DNA from: Candidatus Ozemobacteraceae bacterium
GTDB lineage: Bacteria > Muiribacteriota > Ozemobacteria > Ozemobacterales > Ozemobacteraceae
Reading direction: 5' to 3'
Length of the DNA stretch: 64,000 nucleotides
Assembly (NCBI GenBank): GCA_965140445.1
Contig: OZ223236.1
Coordinates: forward strand, 3,488,001-3,552,000
In this document: piece by piece, positions 1 to 10,664 of the stretch
Numbering within the stretch: the first letter of the stretch is position 1
Layout: every line of letters begins with the position of its first letter
Notes under the pieces: generated by a model
The model's database searches: none
Told to the model about the DNA's origin: nothing
The model's input: the letters and a program-made list of their open reading frames with translations, nothing else
Translations under genes and position numbers: made by a program

Positions 1-841
1 CAGTCATGATAGATGACATTTCTGTGTCTTCAACTGGAGCACAGTTTATAACCAGATCAGCCATTTCACCATTTGTAACTTCAGCAACGGCTTTTTGACA
101 AGCAACCGGGTCCTGAGCATTTACCTGAAGAACGTGATCGCAGAAACCGAGTTTATTAATGCGGTCGCAACCTCTTTGAGAAGGCTGAATGGCAATCAAT
201 GAGCCGGTTTTGCCAAGAATTTCTCTGGCAACTGCACAACAGATACTTCCTGATTTTCCGCCAGCTCCAATTATAACTACTTTCTGGCCTGGTTTAACAA
301 GGCGATAAGCTTGAGCTGGAGCACCGGCAACGTCTAATACTGCAAGAGCCAAAGTTTCATTGAAATCTTCAGGAATTTTAGCCAAAACACCTGATTCAAA
401 GAAAATTGCATGTCCTTCAATTTTAACCTGATCTCTTTCAGGGAAGACTTCGATGATTTTTTCAATTTTTAATGGTGTGAGTGAGAGGGAAACTAAACTG
501 GCAATTTTATCCCCTACTTTAAAACCTTTTGGGTTTGGATGGTCTTTACCAATTTCCTTAATTTTTCCAAGTAGCATTCCGCCTGAACCGGTAACTGGAT
601 TTTGCTGTTTTCCTCTTTCGCCAACGATGCCAAGAATCATTTTCTTAACGCCTTCGATATCACCGTTGCAGGCGTCTTTCATCTGACGAAAAGAAGCAGA
701 ATCAATATTCAAAGTATCTACTTCAACCAAAATCTCATTTTCACGAATTGGTAAGGAGTTGTCTACCTTCTGAGCATTCTGAGGGAGAGCGTTATCAGGG
801 GCAATAACTCTGTGAGTTCCGTATTTACATGTCTGTTTCAT
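1..841 (-). CDS. kdd: L-erythro-3,5-diaminohexanoate dehydrogenase (3' end runs off window; absent from ORF track)
   Basis: Manual translation from ATG at 841: MKQTCKYGTHRVIAPDNALPQNAQKVDN...QNPVTGSGGMLLG...LVSLSLTPLKI...FESGVLAKIP...VLDVAGAPAQ...IGAGGKSG, typical Kdd motifs; lysine-fermentation context. Confidence 0.92.
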   Translation of the reverse strand, partial: MKQTCKYGTHRVIAPDNALPQNAQKVDNSLPIRENEILVEVDTLNIDSASFRQMKDACNGDIEGVKKMILGIVGERGKQQNPVTGSGGMLLGKIKEIGKDHPNPKGFKVGDKIASLVSLSLTPLKIEKIIEVFPERDQVKIEGHAIFFESGVLAKIPEDFNETLALAVLDVAGAPAQAYRLVKPGQKVVIIGAGGKSGSICCAVAREILGKTGSLIAIQPSQRGCDRINKLGFCDHVLQVNAQDPVACQKAVAEVTNGEMADLVINCAPVEDTEMSSIMT

Positions 842-1002
842 AGTTATTCCTTTCAAATTTATTGATATACAAAGATCATTAAATCAAGTTTTTATGGTAG
901 ATACAATAGTTCTTATTGCTGATTTAACTACCTTCTGCATACCCTCCCCATGCCAGCTTGGGAGAGAAAACCACCTCCTGATAAACTTGCAAAGCCTTTA
1001 AA

Positions 1003-1671
1003 TCAGGCTTCGTCCATAAACTTAAGATTTTCAGCAACCTTAAATTCTGCTTCTGTATTTGCTTTAATCTCTTCAACGCTTGATTCCTTGTTGATTTCAC
1101 AAAGGGTCATTCCTGTTGAATCAATTCTAAAAACAGCAAGTTCTGTAACAATCATGTTTACAACGTTTTTTGCTGTCAAAGGCAATTTACAATTTTTTAG
1201 TATTTTAGGTCTTCCTCTATCGGTATGAAGCGTTGAAACAATTACATTTTTTGCTCCTACCACAAGATCCATTGCTCCGCCCATTCCAGGAACTTTTTTC
1301 CCGGGAATAATCCAGTTCGCAAGGCTTCCCTCTTGATCAACTTCCAATGCGCCAAGCACCGTATATTCAACATGCCGGCCACGAATTAGTGCAAAAGAAG
1401 TCGCGCTATCAAAAAAGCTTCCATGTGGCAAAACACTTACGAATGAGCCACCAGCATTGGTTATGTCTTTATTTTCCTGGCCTGGTTCCGGGGCAGAGCC
1501 CATTCCCATAATGCCATTTTCAGACTGAAAAGTGACGTGAATGCCTTCGGGAATATGGTTCGCTACAAGAGTTGGCAGCCCTATTCCTAAATTAACGCTT
1601 TGATTATCCTTAAATTCACGTGCAATTCTTTTGGCTATAATATTTTTGGCTAATTTTACATCTTCTATCAT
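1003..1671 (-). CDS. ctfB: Butyrate-acetoacetate (3-oxoacid) CoA-transferase subunit B
   Basis: VNLGIGLPT, catalytic SENG, GMGGAMDL motifs. Confidence 0.9.
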   Translation of the reverse strand: MIEDVKLAKNIIAKRIAREFKDNQSVNLGIGLPTLVANHIPEGIHVTFQSENGIMGMGSAPEPGQENKDITNAGGSFVSVLPHGSFFDSATSFALIRGRHVEYTVLGALEVDQEGSLANWIIPGKKVPGMGGAMDLVVGAKNVIVSTLHTDRGRPKILKNCKLPLTAKNVVNMIVTELAVFRIDSTGMTLCEINKESSVEEIKANTEAEFKVAENLKFMDEA

Positions 1672-1692
1672 TTTCTCTAATCCTTTGGCCGC

Positions 1693-2352
1693 TTAGCTAT
1701 TTTCCGGGTGGAAAATATGAGTAACGAGTGGAGCAGGAGTTACAACCATTTCCGGTATAAGCTCTCCTGCTTTTACTAAGGTTTCAGCCTCAACAACAAC
1801 AGTTTCTGCTGCCATGGCCATAACGGGATTAAAATTTCGGGTGGTTCCGTTATAAACAATGTTTCCTGCCTCATCCACACGGCTTCCCTTTAAAAGTGCC
1901 ATATCTGCTCTTAAAGGCAATTCCAGCAAATACTCTTTTCCATTAATGGTAAGTTTTTGCTTTCCTTCTTCAACAACAGTTCCCACACCTGTTGGGGTCA
2001 GGAATCCGCCAAGTCCGGCTCCCCCAGCTCTAATTTGCTCAACTAAGGTGCCCTGAGGAATAAGTTCAACTTTTAGGGTTCCTTCTACCATCTGCTTCCC
2101 AGTTTCAGGATTTGTACCAATATGAGATGTAAGAACTCTTTTTACTTTATTAGCAGCAATTAGTCTTCCAATTCCTTTATCTACAAAGGAGGTGTCATTA
2201 CAAATTATGGTTAAATTCTTTACTTCGCTTTCAAGAATAATACTTACAAGATTTTCCGGAGTTCCACAGGCGAGAAACCCACCAATCATAATGGTCATAT
2301 CATCTCTGAGAAGTTTGGCAAAATTCTGCCTATCAATCATTTTATTGAACAT
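1693..2352 (-). CDS. ctfA: Butyrate-acetoacetate (3-oxoacid) CoA-transferase subunit A
   Basis: IMIGGF..CGTP, PQGTLVEQIRAGGAGLGG..TPTG, RNFNP motifs. Confidence 0.9.
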   Translation of the reverse strand: MFNKMIDRQNFAKLLRDDMTIMIGGFLACGTPENLVSIILESEVKNLTIICNDTSFVDKGIGRLIAANKVKRVLTSHIGTNPETGKQMVEGTLKVELIPQGTLVEQIRAGGAGLGGFLTPTGVGTVVEEGKQKLTINGKEYLLELPLRADMALLKGSRVDEAGNIVYNGTTRNFNPVMAMAAETVVVEAETLVKAGELIPEMVVTPAPLVTHIFHPENS

Positions 2353-2387
2353 TTATTTATTCCTTTAAAAATTATTCCTGCTGAAAA

Positions 2388-3209
2388 TCAGCATTTCAGT
2401 CCAAGAATTTTTCTTGCTTCATCAGGTGTTGCAATCTCTCTACCAAGCTCTTTTGCAATTCTTGCTGCTTTTAGAACCAGCTCTGCGTTTGATTTCGCCA
2501 GAACACCTTTTTCAAGATATATGTTATCTTCAAAACCTACTCGAACATGGCCACCAGCTACAATTGAGGCTGCTGTCATCTGGAACTGGGCGCGACCGAT
2601 TCCAGAAACAGTAAAGGTGCTTTCTGATGGAATACTTCCTGCCATAAAAACAAAATCACGTAAAGAAGCCGCAATTCCACCAGTTACTCCCATAACAAAA
2701 TTGAAGTGCATCGGACCTTTGATAAAACCTTTTTTATGCAAACGAATTGCAGTATCGATCATGCCCTTATCAAAAACTTCAACTTCTGGCTTAACACCAA
2801 GCTCAATCATTTTTTTCCCAAAAGCGATTATGGTGTTTTCAGAATTAACAAAAATGTCATCAGCTCCAAAATTTACAGTTCCACAATCCAAAGTCGCCAT
2901 TTCCGGAACAAGATCAACAGGTTGGAGTCTTTCTTCATTCGACATTCCGACCGCACCACCAGTAGATGGTTGAATAATAGCTTCAGGACAACAAGCTTTA
3001 ATAGCTTCAATGGCTGCCTTAAATCGGTCACGGCTTTGAGTTGGAGTTCCATCATCTTCCCTGACATGCAGATGAATTATAGAAGCTCCAGCTTCCATAG
3101 CAAGTTTAGCTTCTTTTGCGATTTCTTCAATTGTATAAGGAATTGCCGGATTATGTTCTTTTGTCACTTCTGCACCGCATATTGCGGCAGTTAAAATTAG
3201 TTTTTCCAT
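2388..3209 (-). CDS. kce: 3-keto-5-aminohexanoate cleavage enzyme
   Basis: MEKLILTAAICGAE, IIHLHVRE..G, QPSTGG, GHVRVGFED (BKACE family); lysine operon context. Confidence 0.93.
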   Translation of the reverse strand: MEKLILTAAICGAEVTKEHNPAIPYTIEEIAKEAKLAMEAGASIIHLHVREDDGTPTQSRDRFKAAIEAIKACCPEAIIQPSTGGAVGMSNEERLQPVDLVPEMATLDCGTVNFGADDIFVNSENTIIAFGKKMIELGVKPEVEVFDKGMIDTAIRLHKKGFIKGPMHFNFVMGVTGGIAASLRDFVFMAGSIPSESTFTVSGIGRAQFQMTAASIVAGGHVRVGFEDNIYLEKGVLAKSNAELVLKAARIAKELGREIATPDEARKILGLKC

Positions 3210-3217
3210 AATTATTC

Positions 3218-4471
3218 TCAGTATTTTTTGTTATCAATGTAAGTTAAAACCTGATCTATAGAATCCAATGTGTATTGCAGGTCTTCTTTTGTGTGTCTAT
3301 ATGCTATGTAACCATGATGGAAAGGCTGAAGGAAAACTTTTCTTCTAATGAGCTGAGTATAGAAATCGTTTCTCATTGCTTTATAGGTTTTATCAGCATT
3401 TTTGTTGAATACCACAAAAGGCATTTGAGGAATTGGGGAAAGACTAAGATCTACATTATGTTTATCAACGATTTTTTGTAGTTCTGCATTAAACCATTTG
3501 CCCTTTTCCTTGATTGCTTCTATAACGTTTTCTCTTTCCATGAATTCAAGAGTCTTTAGGGCTGCAGCAAATTCAACGCTGTTTGGGTAGAATGTTGAGG
3601 AAACAAAAACTTCTTTTTCCACCACTTTCATAATGTGCTCTTTACCAACGCAGGCGCTAATTGGGTAACCATTAGCCAATGCCTTTCCAAAGGTTGAAAG
3701 ATCAGGAGTTACTCCAAACAGAGTCTGAGCTCCACCTAAATGGACCCTGAATCCCGTTCTGATTTCATCGAAAATTAAGACAGCACCGTGTTTATCAGCA
3801 ATTTTGCGAACCCCTTCCAAAAATCCTGGTTTTGGATATTCGCATTGGTACGCAAGTGGGTGCCCGATTGGAGTTACAATAATTGCGGCAGTTTCTGAAC
3901 CATACTGCTTCATCAGCTCTTCAAGGCTATCCAGATCATTGTAATGAAATTCATGGGTGTCTTCATAAAGCTTTGGCAAAACTCCGCCTTTAACTTCAAC
4001 ACACCAGTCATGCCAGCCATGGTAACCACAGCGCATAATTTTTGTTTTTCCAGTAAAGCCTCTGGCGATTCTTGTAGCCAAAGTTGTTGCATCTGAACCA
4101 GTTTTAGTAAAAATAGACATTTCTGCACACTTGATTAAACTTCGAAGTTTTGTGGCAAGTTTATTTTGAATGGACTGGGTCAGAGAAAAGCAGAAACCAT
4201 GCTCTTTAATCTGTTCAATAGCGGCATTATCAATTTCTTCTTCGCGGTGGCCAATAATGATTGGGCCGTAAGCGCATAAATAGTCAAGATACTCATTACC
4301 ATCTATATCCGTTATTTTTCCGCCTTTACCGTGCTCAAAATAAATAGGATATTCACCTTCAATAAAGTTATATGGTCTTCGAATGCCAAGAACACCACCT
4401 GGAGTGCATGTCTTACCATGCTTGAATTCTTCCATGCTTTTGGTCAAATTGAGTTTTGGTGCTTCGTTCAT
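3218..4471 (-). CDS. kat: 3-aminobutyryl-CoA aminotransferase (class III PLP enzyme, HemL-like)
   Basis: PGGVLGIRRPYNF..GEYPI, GYHGWHDWCVEVKGG, FDEIRTGFR, STFGK; recalled close resemblance to Cloacimonas Kat; adjacent to kce. Confidence 0.85.
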   Translation of the reverse strand: MNEAPKLNLTKSMEEFKHGKTCTPGGVLGIRRPYNFIEGEYPIYFEHGKGGKITDIDGNEYLDYLCAYGPIIIGHREEEIDNAAIEQIKEHGFCFSLTQSIQNKLATKLRSLIKCAEMSIFTKTGSDATTLATRIARGFTGKTKIMRCGYHGWHDWCVEVKGGVLPKLYEDTHEFHYNDLDSLEELMKQYGSETAAIIVTPIGHPLAYQCEYPKPGFLEGVRKIADKHGAVLIFDEIRTGFRVHLGGAQTLFGVTPDLSTFGKALANGYPISACVGKEHIMKVVEKEVFVSSTFYPNSVEFAAALKTLEFMERENVIEAIKEKGKWFNAELQKIVDKHNVDLSLSPIPQMPFVVFNKNADKTYKAMRNDFYTQLIRRKVFLQPFHHGYIAYRHTKEDLQYTLDSIDQVLTYIDNKKY

Positions 4472-4826
4472 TTAGTTTCTCCTGACTTCTATGATTATTG
4501 TCTTTCAGCTCTCTGGCAGATAACTATTTTACGCTTGTGAAAATTTTATCTTTCCAGATTTTTTTAAGAAGAGGGAAATGAAACTTCAGGTTTTAGAAGG
4601 AAATTTGTCAAAATTTTCTCATAATATGAAAAAAATAGGCTGACAAAGCGCCTGTCCCTTAAACCAATTCAATCACTCCGACTATCTATATTTAATACCC
4701 TGAAATACTAACACAAACTTGACCACAAACTTAAGGAAAAATTGAACTTTTATGAAAAAAAATCACAAAAAATTTACATGTTTCAGGAGGAAAAATTTAT
4801 TTGAAAATTACCAAAATCAGGAACAG

Positions 4827-7655
4827 TTATTTTGAGTCTGATTCGGGTTCGGATTTTGCTTCTTTTTTTACAATTATCAGTGAAAAATCCTCATCTAACT
4901 TCTCTTTAGATAAGTTGGTTATCGTTCCCATGATAGCCTTTCGCATTTCAACTGGAGGAAGATGCAGATATTGTCTACAGATTTCTGGAAATCCCCGACC
5001 TCCCAATGCATCTCGATTTTCATTACATAATTTAACGCAAATATCTGTATAAAAAATTAGACAGTCTCCATCAGAAAAATTAAATGTTTTACTGTTGAAT
5101 TTTTCAGGTTTCTCACTGTTCCCTAGAGAACGATTTTTCATTTCCGGTAATGGGGAGTATTTATCCTGTGAAAAGAATAATGGAACCAGATGCGCAGCAT
5201 TGCACAAGTCAAAATTACCTTTCTCCAGATCAATAGATACTGCACAAAGGGTCATGCATTTCTTTTGATGAAACTGCGAACAAAGCAATTCATCCAGGCA
5301 GGAAAAAGTAGTCGACATTGAAAAATCATCTTCCTGAATAGATTGGGCAACAATTGCCTTAGCCATTGCTGTAATTAAAGATGAGCTTAATCCGTGACCA
5401 TTTACTGTACCAATTAGAAAAATCCATTTTTGAGGATTAATCTCCTGAATATCACAATAGTCTCCACCCAAATCTGCAGCTGAAAAACTGCAGATATCTG
5501 CATTTAAACCATTTATATCGGGGGCTTTTTGTGGAATTATCTGAGCTTGTATCTTTTGGGCATCCAATACATCTGAAAGCACTTCCATGGTTTGATTAAA
5601 ATTCTCTGAGAGTTTTCCGAACTCGTCTTTTTGAGAAACCTCAATCTTATAAGAAACTTCTCTATTTCTAATGGCATTTATACCCAGCAATAACTGCGAA
5701 ATCGGACTGATTACAATTTCTTCAAGAAGTTTTACCAGAGTAATTGCGAGTAAAACAGTCAGTATTGCACCTAAGAATAAATCATTTATGATTCTGTCTA
5801 TTTTTTCTTTAATTACAGATTGCGGATATAGACTAACTATAATGTTGTCTGGCAGAAATTTGCCCGGTGCTCCTGCTGCAAGCCAACTTTGCCCCTGCCA
5901 AAAAATTTGTCCACCTTGAAGGCTGTTATTTCTGCGCACTTTGTTTATAAAGTTTTTTAAATCTCCGGTGGGAAATTTTTCTTCTGAGGCAATCAATGTT
6001 GAGTCTTCGATTGACCAGGCCAGTCGTCTTAAAACAACATTTCCTGCAGTTGACGGCTTGGGAAGATTTTTCTTGAGAAAGTTTTTCACCATATCCTTAA
6101 AAGCTACGTTAAACAAAATAAAAGCTGGAGTATGGTTCGGATCAGAGTAAGTATCCCAGAAAATAACCATATTTATCCCGCCAAGAAATATTTTATTAAG
6201 TTCGTCCGGACTTTCAAAAATATGTGCCCAACCACCAATAGAGCTTTCAAGAAATTCTTGTAAAACGACCTCTGACGCTGAAGGAATATTTTTTTGTTTT
6301 AGCGGAAGTCGTTCACTTATAAATCTTCTAATTCCCTTTTTGGCAAAAAGCTTATTGATTACTTCTGTTTTTTCAATTGCATTTTGATTTCTTGTGGAAA
6401 CAATTAAATCTCCATCCAGATTGCGGATTTCAGTAGAATTTACAAGTTCTTTTCTTTCCAGATCCGATAGAAAAGGGATAGCAGCAGCAGGATTTGTAAG
6501 AATTGTTTTATTTAACTTAAATCCTCTGAGGTAATTCAAAACGTTAAACTTTTCACCCTCAAAATCATTCTCAAGTTCACCTATACTATTTTGGCATGCC
6601 AGCAAAGCCTGCTGTTTAAGGTATTCGGTGTGCTCCAGAATAAATCTCCAGCCAAAATATCCAAATAAAGAAATCGGAAGAATAATAGCGTATAAGACTA
6701 ATATCAGAAGCTTATACTTCAAGGAAATTCCACTGATTTTTGAGTTAAAAGATCTGTTCCAACTAGAAAAAGACCAACATATGAACCAAAGAAAAACGAA
6801 AACCTTAAGATGTGTTCTGGAGAAACCGTTTTTCGACCCGGAATAAACCTTAGAAAAAACCAGATATCTATTTCCAAACTTTTTTCTAGAAGTTAAAACA
6901 CGGCTGTTATTTCCTTTGGAATTCTGCAATTCAGAACCATCAATGCTTTTCTGCTCAAAACCTGAATCTTCTATTGTAACTTTGAGATTTACTGACATTT
7001 CTTCGGGAATAAATTTTGACAAAATTCTGGGTCCTGGAATATCCCACGAAATAATAAATAAGCCATCTAAGGGGCCCTGTTGATCTGGCTTGTTATAAAA
7101 AAACAAACCATTCCCTTTTGGCCCGAAAAACTCTATGGCTCGTTTACTTTTCAATAATTTTTCAAATTTGGAAGTACCACCACCAAAGAGAGTCTGTGCA
7201 TCAATCTTGTGCTCAAAATCTTTTTTGGTTTTCCTGCCATGATTGAATAACCATACACTTTCTATTCTTTCACCCGTGTCTCCGAGCAAATAATCTGGAG
7301 TTATCAAAAGCCCGTCTTTAAACACATAAGGAACAAAATTTAACTCCTTGCCATGGAATTTTTCATACAACGTTTCTATTTCGAACTTATTGACTGTTTT
7401 CCAGTTTATGGACTTTGCAAATTTCTTAAATTCTTTATCAAAAAAGGCAGTCGGATCTATGAAGTTACAAATTTGCTCGGCTTTTTCATCAAGCAATTTA
7501 ATTGCTCTGTTAATTCTCAGCTCTTCATTTTGACTAATAATTGCATTTCCAAGAATCCATATTGAAATGCAGGGAAAAATAAAAAACAGAAACAAATGGC
7601 TTACAGAAATCAGGTATTTGTTTTTGAGGTTTTGGACTTCTTTTATCATATTCAT
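4827..7655 (-). CDS. Membrane HAMP + SpoIIE/PP2C-like protein with degenerate phosphatase motifs
   Basis: Several TM segments, HAMP (DEFGKLSENFNQ), C-terminal LGGDYCD / IGTVNGHG / CNAAH / YTD. Confidence 0.82.
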   Translation of the reverse strand: MNMIKEVQNLKNKYLISVSHLFLFFIFPCISIWILGNAIISQNEELRINRAIKLLDEKAEQICNFIDPTAFFDKEFKKFAKSINWKTVNKFEIETLYEKFHGKELNFVPYVFKDGLLITPDYLLGDTGERIESVWLFNHGRKTKKDFEHKIDAQTLFGGGTSKFEKLLKSKRAIEFFGPKGNGLFFYNKPDQQGPLDGLFIISWDIPGPRILSKFIPEEMSVNLKVTIEDSGFEQKSIDGSELQNSKGNNSRVLTSRKKFGNRYLVFSKVYSGSKNGFSRTHLKVFVFLWFICWSFSSWNRSFNSKISGISLKYKLLILVLYAIILPISLFGYFGWRFILEHTEYLKQQALLACQNSIGELENDFEGEKFNVLNYLRGFKLNKTILTNPAAAIPFLSDLERKELVNSTEIRNLDGDLIVSTRNQNAIEKTEVINKLFAKKGIRRFISERLPLKQKNIPSASEVVLQEFLESSIGGWAHIFESPDELNKIFLGGINMVIFWDTYSDPNHTPAFILFNVAFKDMVKNFLKKNLPKPSTAGNVVLRRLAWSIEDSTLIASEEKFPTGDLKNFINKVRRNNSLQGGQIFWQGQSWLAAGAPGKFLPDNIIVSLYPQSVIKEKIDRIINDLFLGAILTVLLAITLVKLLEEIVISPISQLLLGINAIRNREVSYKIEVSQKDEFGKLSENFNQTMEVLSDVLDAQKIQAQIIPQKAPDINGLNADICSFSAADLGGDYCDIQEINPQKWIFLIGTVNGHGLSSSLITAMAKAIVAQSIQEDDFSMSTTFSCLDELLCSQFHQKKCMTLCAVSIDLEKGNFDLCNAAHLVPLFFSQDKYSPLPEMKNRSLGNSEKPEKFNSKTFNFSDGDCLIFYTDICVKLCNENRDALGGRGFPEICRQYLHLPPVEMRKAIMGTITNLSKEKLDEDFSLIIVKKEAKSEPESDSK

Positions 7656-10480
7656 TCCGAAGCCTCTGGGTTAATACTTTTAACTGCCAGCATCGTTAAA
7701 TCATCTTCTTGCGGTTCCCCTTCAAGAAACTGTTTCCATAAAAATTGAATATAAGAAATCAGTTCATCTGGACTTAATTTGTTCTTATTTTCCAATTCAC
7801 GATATACCCTATCGTGCCCAAACATTTCTTCTCTTGGGGATTGCCCTTCAATCAAAGCATCTGTGTAGCAAAACAATGTTTCGCCATGTGAAAGATCTAT
7901 TTCTATAAGCTCTCTAACGCGCTTGGATTCTTTTACCCCAAGTGGCATGCCTTGAACTTTAAGTTCTTCAACCTGCCCGTTTTTATGGATAACCAGCGGC
8001 CAGTTGTGACCGGCATTCATTATTTGAATGGATTTTTTTATGGGATCAAGTAACAGGAAAAGCATGGTCATCATTTTTTTTCTTTTCAAAGTTTTTAGAA
8101 GCATTTTTGATAAAGAAGAAGCCAGATTTGAAAATGGAATTTTATCTCTGCAGCCTTTAAAAATTGCGGCTTTTACCATAGCCATAGCTAGCGCGGCGGG
8201 AGTCCCGTGCCCACTTACATCACCGATCACAAGTAACCACTTACCTTCTGAATAGGGTAAAATATCGCAATAATCACCGCCCAGGTCGCTTGCTGTTTCA
8301 TTAAAAATAGCAGTATCAAAACCTTTGATATGAATTTTCTTTTGCGGAAATAAAGAATCCTGAACAACCTTTGCTAATCTCATTTCGCTCAAATCATCTA
8401 CCATTTGGTTAAAAGCTTTTCCAAGTTCCCCAAATTCATCATGAGAAATCAGACTGACTTTTGCATCAGGAGAGCCAGACTGAAGCTTTTTCATTCCCTG
8501 GTCAAATTCTTCAATTGGCTTCAGGAAAGTCTTGGCCAATAGCTGAGCAATAGCAAATGAAACTATGAGTATCAATAATATACCCGCAACTAAAGAAAGC
8601 TTTAATTTGAAGAGATTCGAAGCAATAGGAGCAAAATCTACCAACCGAACCAAACAAAACGGTTTTAGAATTCTTCCCGGATAAACTATAGCAATAAAAG
8701 AGTTTTCTCCGATTTGTAATCGTCTGGATATGGCATTACCTGTAATTTTAGCCTCGTCAACCATTTCATTTAGTTCATTATTGCCCTTATATCCATTATC
8801 CAACCACAGTTTTAGATTACAATCATAAGCACCGAATACAAAATTTATCGATGATAATTTTTTTAAAGTCCGTTTTACAAAGTTTTTAAGTGCGGTTTCT
8901 CTAGGCAGAAAAAATGACAAAATTGCTGCAGGATGATCTGGTTTCCTTATATAAGACCAATACTGGTAAAGCTCTTTTTGATCCAGATCAATAATATGAA
9001 TCTTGTCTGGAGCCGCTGAAATTTGAGCAAAACCAAAATCTGCGCTTGTAAACATGTTGGTAAAAACCTGGTCTGGGGGCTTATTTAGAACAACTTTTTC
9101 GTTTTCAAGCCTTTCTTTTAGTTGCTCTCTAATTAGATGCCTTGAAAAAGCGTCGATTGTTTTTTCCAAGCCTTCAATTGTGCTTCCAAAGTTTTTTATT
9201 AAAAGCGCATTCCCATTAAGGCCCCTCATTTCTGCTCTTACAGCTTTTCGAGAATCGACTAATTTTTTAAACTCTTTTTCAATTTCCGAAAGGGAGTAAT
9301 TTTCCAAAACTTGTTTAGCTATTTTTTGACAACTTTTTTCAAAAAGGAATTTTTCGTTGACGAATTCATCTTCAATGGAAGATAAAAGCTTTATTTGTTC
9401 TTTTTTTACATCAGCGAAAAGAACTTTTTCGTGATCTGATATAGCCATAATTCCACTTAATACTAATGCAGAAACCGGCAATGCAACTGCGACTAAAAAG
9501 ACAGCTGAAAATTTTGTGCTAATTCGAAGGTAATACTTTTCAAAGGAAAAGTTGGGATTCAAAAGCAAAGATAGCAATATTGCAAAAAGGATTAAAAAAC
9601 ATAGATTGATCATTCCTCTTGTGCTTTGAAAACCAGATGAAAAAATCGGAACCGAGCCAATAAAAACACCAAAACTAGTCTTTAAAATCGCCCATCGTCT
9701 GTAACCGAATGATATGAACCCATCTGTATTAAGCTCAAGCATTTTTCTTGCAATTCGTGCATAAGTTTCGTCATTCTGAGAAAAGCTTGCTTCCTTAAAT
9801 TCGTGATCCCAATAGGTTAAGCGAAAGTCCTCAACACCCGGCTTCTTTAAAAATTCCTTTAAAATTTTTCCTGGGGTTTCAAGCGGCATTGCCACACAGA
9901 TAACCCCAGATTTATCTTTTGATGAAAACCTCTTCCAAAAAATATACCCAGATTTTCTTTTCCTCTTAATTGGAATAAGTTGCCCTTCAAGATTTTTCAA
10001 TTTTCCTGGTCTGGAGCCCGCTCCCAGAATTATAAGCAAACGTTTTTCCTGCTTTTCTTCATCTTCACCAGGTTTATAGTTTTTTGTCTGAGCAAGAATG
10101 TCCCAAAGTTTGGCCAACACAAAACCGTTTTTTTGTGGAAGCCCTTTGCCCTTAACAAGCTTTCCTTTTTCATTAAAAAGATAAGTTAAAAATTTAACTG
10201 ATGATTTATCTTAAAAGTTGCTTATCAAAGCTTTGGTGGTTTCCAATTTACCTTTGCTTAAATGAAAGGCAACCTTTTCAAAAAGATTAAAGTAAAACCC
10301 TTCCTGACTGGATAATTCTGCAACGGAAAGCATTTTTCTTCTAAGCTTTCTCTGGGAAGCAAAATTTTGATTACTTTCAGTAAAATCCAATAATTGGTTT
10401 AAAAGCAAATAAACCGCAATTAAAGGAACAAAAGCAAGCACAACAAGAAAAATAGATTTCTTAAAAAATGACAATTGCAA
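7652..10480 (-). pseudogene. Membrane HAMP + SpoIIE/PP2C phosphatase interrupted by one in-frame TAA (10211-10213); nonsense allele or sequence error
   Basis: ORFs 10211..10480 and 7652..10120 share a frame; the 90 nt between them are open (DKSSVKFLTYLFNEKGKLV...); intact GGD, GDVSGHG, NAGH, YTD, EDDLT motifs; SD GAGAGG before TTG at 10480. Confidence 0.75.
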
Positions 10481-10635
10481 TAAAACCTCTCATTAACTCA
10501 TCAAATCATAATAAGAATTTAATGTTTAGTAAAGAGCCACTAATTGCCATTAAGCCCTCAATGTATCGCTATTCATTTATTATGCAACCTTAAGACTTTT
10601 TTAAATCAGGATTTAGTTTGTGGCTGGAATATTCC

Positions 10636-10664
10636 TTCACTAAAAACAATTAAAATGATAGAAT
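10636..10664 (+). promoter_or_regulatory. Putative sigma70 promoter of the decarboxylase operon
   Basis: TTCACT-17 nt-TAGAAT with extended -10 TG, about 50 nt before the ATG. Confidence 0.5.

Noticed and set aside
944..964. CTCCC/GGGAG hairpin between ctfB and kdd
   Set aside because: Short stem, no second copy seen and no clear U-tract; cannot be called a REP, terminator or riboswitch
3218..4471. Annotation as hemL (GSA aminomutase)
   Set aside because: Lysine-fermentation context and Kat-like motifs fit better; no hem genes nearby
4472..4826. Possible lysine riboswitch upstream of kat
   Set aside because: Conserved L-box elements and the multi-stem architecture are not recognisable
10211..10213. 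Alternative genetic code or programmed read-through
   Set aside because: TAA, TAG and TGA all terminate conserved genes in this window, and no other internal stops were found
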